14,561 bases of DNA from Promethearchaeia archaeon (lineage in GTDB: Archaea > Asgardarchaeota > Lokiarchaeia > Sigyniarchaeales > SOKP01), in contig JAWOFX010000128.1 in assembly GCA_046497275.1 (NCBI GenBank), positions 1 through 14,561 on the forward strand, written 5' to 3'. Position 1 is the first letter of the stretch. Every line of letters starts with the position of its first letter. Position numbers and translations under genes: made by a program. The notes beneath the pieces are model-generated. The model saw nothing but the letters and a program-made list of their open reading frames with translations. It made no database searches and had not been told where the DNA came from. Below, one piece after another: positions 13,647 through 14,561 of this stretch.

Positions 13647-14561
13647 ACGGCGGATTGTTAATAGCAACGGATTCTGTACATAAGAAACCGATAGCAGGAG
13701 CATTAGTTGCCGGAGAGTCTAAAGAGGAATCCACATTTTTCCTAAAACGCTTAAAACAATGGCTTAATAAACCAGTAGCTCTGCTTACTATCGATTTTTC
13801 TACTCGTATTCTCGCGGGAGTACAAGAAATATTTCCGCATGTCCCCGTCCAAAAATGTACATTTCATGCGATTCAATTACTTACTCGAGGATATATTAAA
13901 GAATTAACGCGTATGAAGCGTGAACACATGCTTCCTCATATTAAAGAATGGAACCAGCTACGCAAGAAGTCCTTGGAATTAGAAAAAGGAGCTATCACAC
14001 AAATTCAATTAAATTTGAACTTTAATGATACGAAACATTCTCTTTCTATCTATAATTCTCTTCATACAATACTCTCTCACGACACTCCTCACGTAATTGA
14101 ATCAACCCTCTCCACTTTTTTCACAAAGAACGTGTTTCTCACATGGAAAGGACACAATAGTTTTTTAAAAGCCTATAGGAAAATATTCGATACGCATCAA
14201 TTCATCTTTAGCCAGAAAGCGCTCAAATATATTATTCCAATGATCTTTAAAGCGTGGAGGACTGCGATTCGAAAATCACGTCAAGAGCTTGAGGCTACAA
14301 AAACAACATTTAATCGCGTAAAATATCTAATACTTATGAATCCCGATAATATGGAACATTTCCATAGAACAGAGCTCCGGAAAAGCTTGAAAATGTTTCC
14401 ATGGCTTCGAAAATATCGAAATGTGTTAGTAAAGTTCTATTATCAATTTAAAGTCTCTCCTGATAAACGACGCTCTCTAAGGTTTCTGTTGACCATACTT
14501 TCTGAGAAATCTCATCCTTGGTTGAAAAGTGCCGTCCATACCCTCATAAAAAATGAAGAGA
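13619..14561 (+). CDS. Transposase C-terminal part in the -1 frame, absent from the ORF track, open to the window end
   Basis: Hand translation: KKRSQNGPINGGLLIATDSVHKKPIAGALVAGES...LLTIDFS...FPHVPVQKCTFHAIQ...RVKYLILMNPDNM...PWLKSAVHTLIKNEE. No stop over about 314 codons; second Asp at 13793, CxxH at 13856-13867. Confidence 0.85.

Larger units (their letters stand above)
13059..14561 (+). mobile_element. ISL3-like insertion sequence, right end outside the window
   Basis: Transposase motifs (see CDS entries) and visibly higher GC and CG-containing codon use than the flanking genes. Candidate left ends: GGTTCT at 13059 or GGCGCT at 12976; cannot be confirmed without the right end. Confidence 0.8.

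Noticed and set aside
1-14561. CRISPR array, tRNA or rRNA genes
   Set aside because: No regularly spaced repeats and no GC-rich structured-RNA segments seen; intergenic regions are short and AT-rich.

Overview
AT-rich window, most likely from an Asgard archaeon of the Lokiarchaeia/Promethearchaeota type (inferred from gene content, T-tract terminators, GGTGA-type ribosome-binding sites and Loki-type C-terminal sorting tails). The core is an ESCRT locus in three transcription units: Vps22/36-like (+), Vps4 then Vps25-like (-), and one ESCRT-III of the Vps2/24/46 class (+). To its left are a partial Zn-motif protein missing from the ORF track, a mannose-1-phosphate guanylyltransferase-like enzyme, a CYTH protein, and eukaryote-like Nop2 and Nip7 genes. 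Nop2 and Nip7 are separated by a 762-aa surface glycoprotein gene and a decayed, internally deleted paralog of it. To the right are a PfkB kinase, an orphan 7TM protein and an ISL3-like transposase split by a -1 frameshift at A AAA AAC. The ESCRT cluster itself is a known Asgard feature. The less expected signals are probable ATT/ATA starts on Nop2 and Vps22/36, a MIM1-like helix in the Vps25 N-terminal extension, a Vps4 with only one of the usual tandem arginines, the paralog remnant and the frameshifted transposase. Family assignments rest on motifs read by eye and on recalled reference sequences; no database searches were run.
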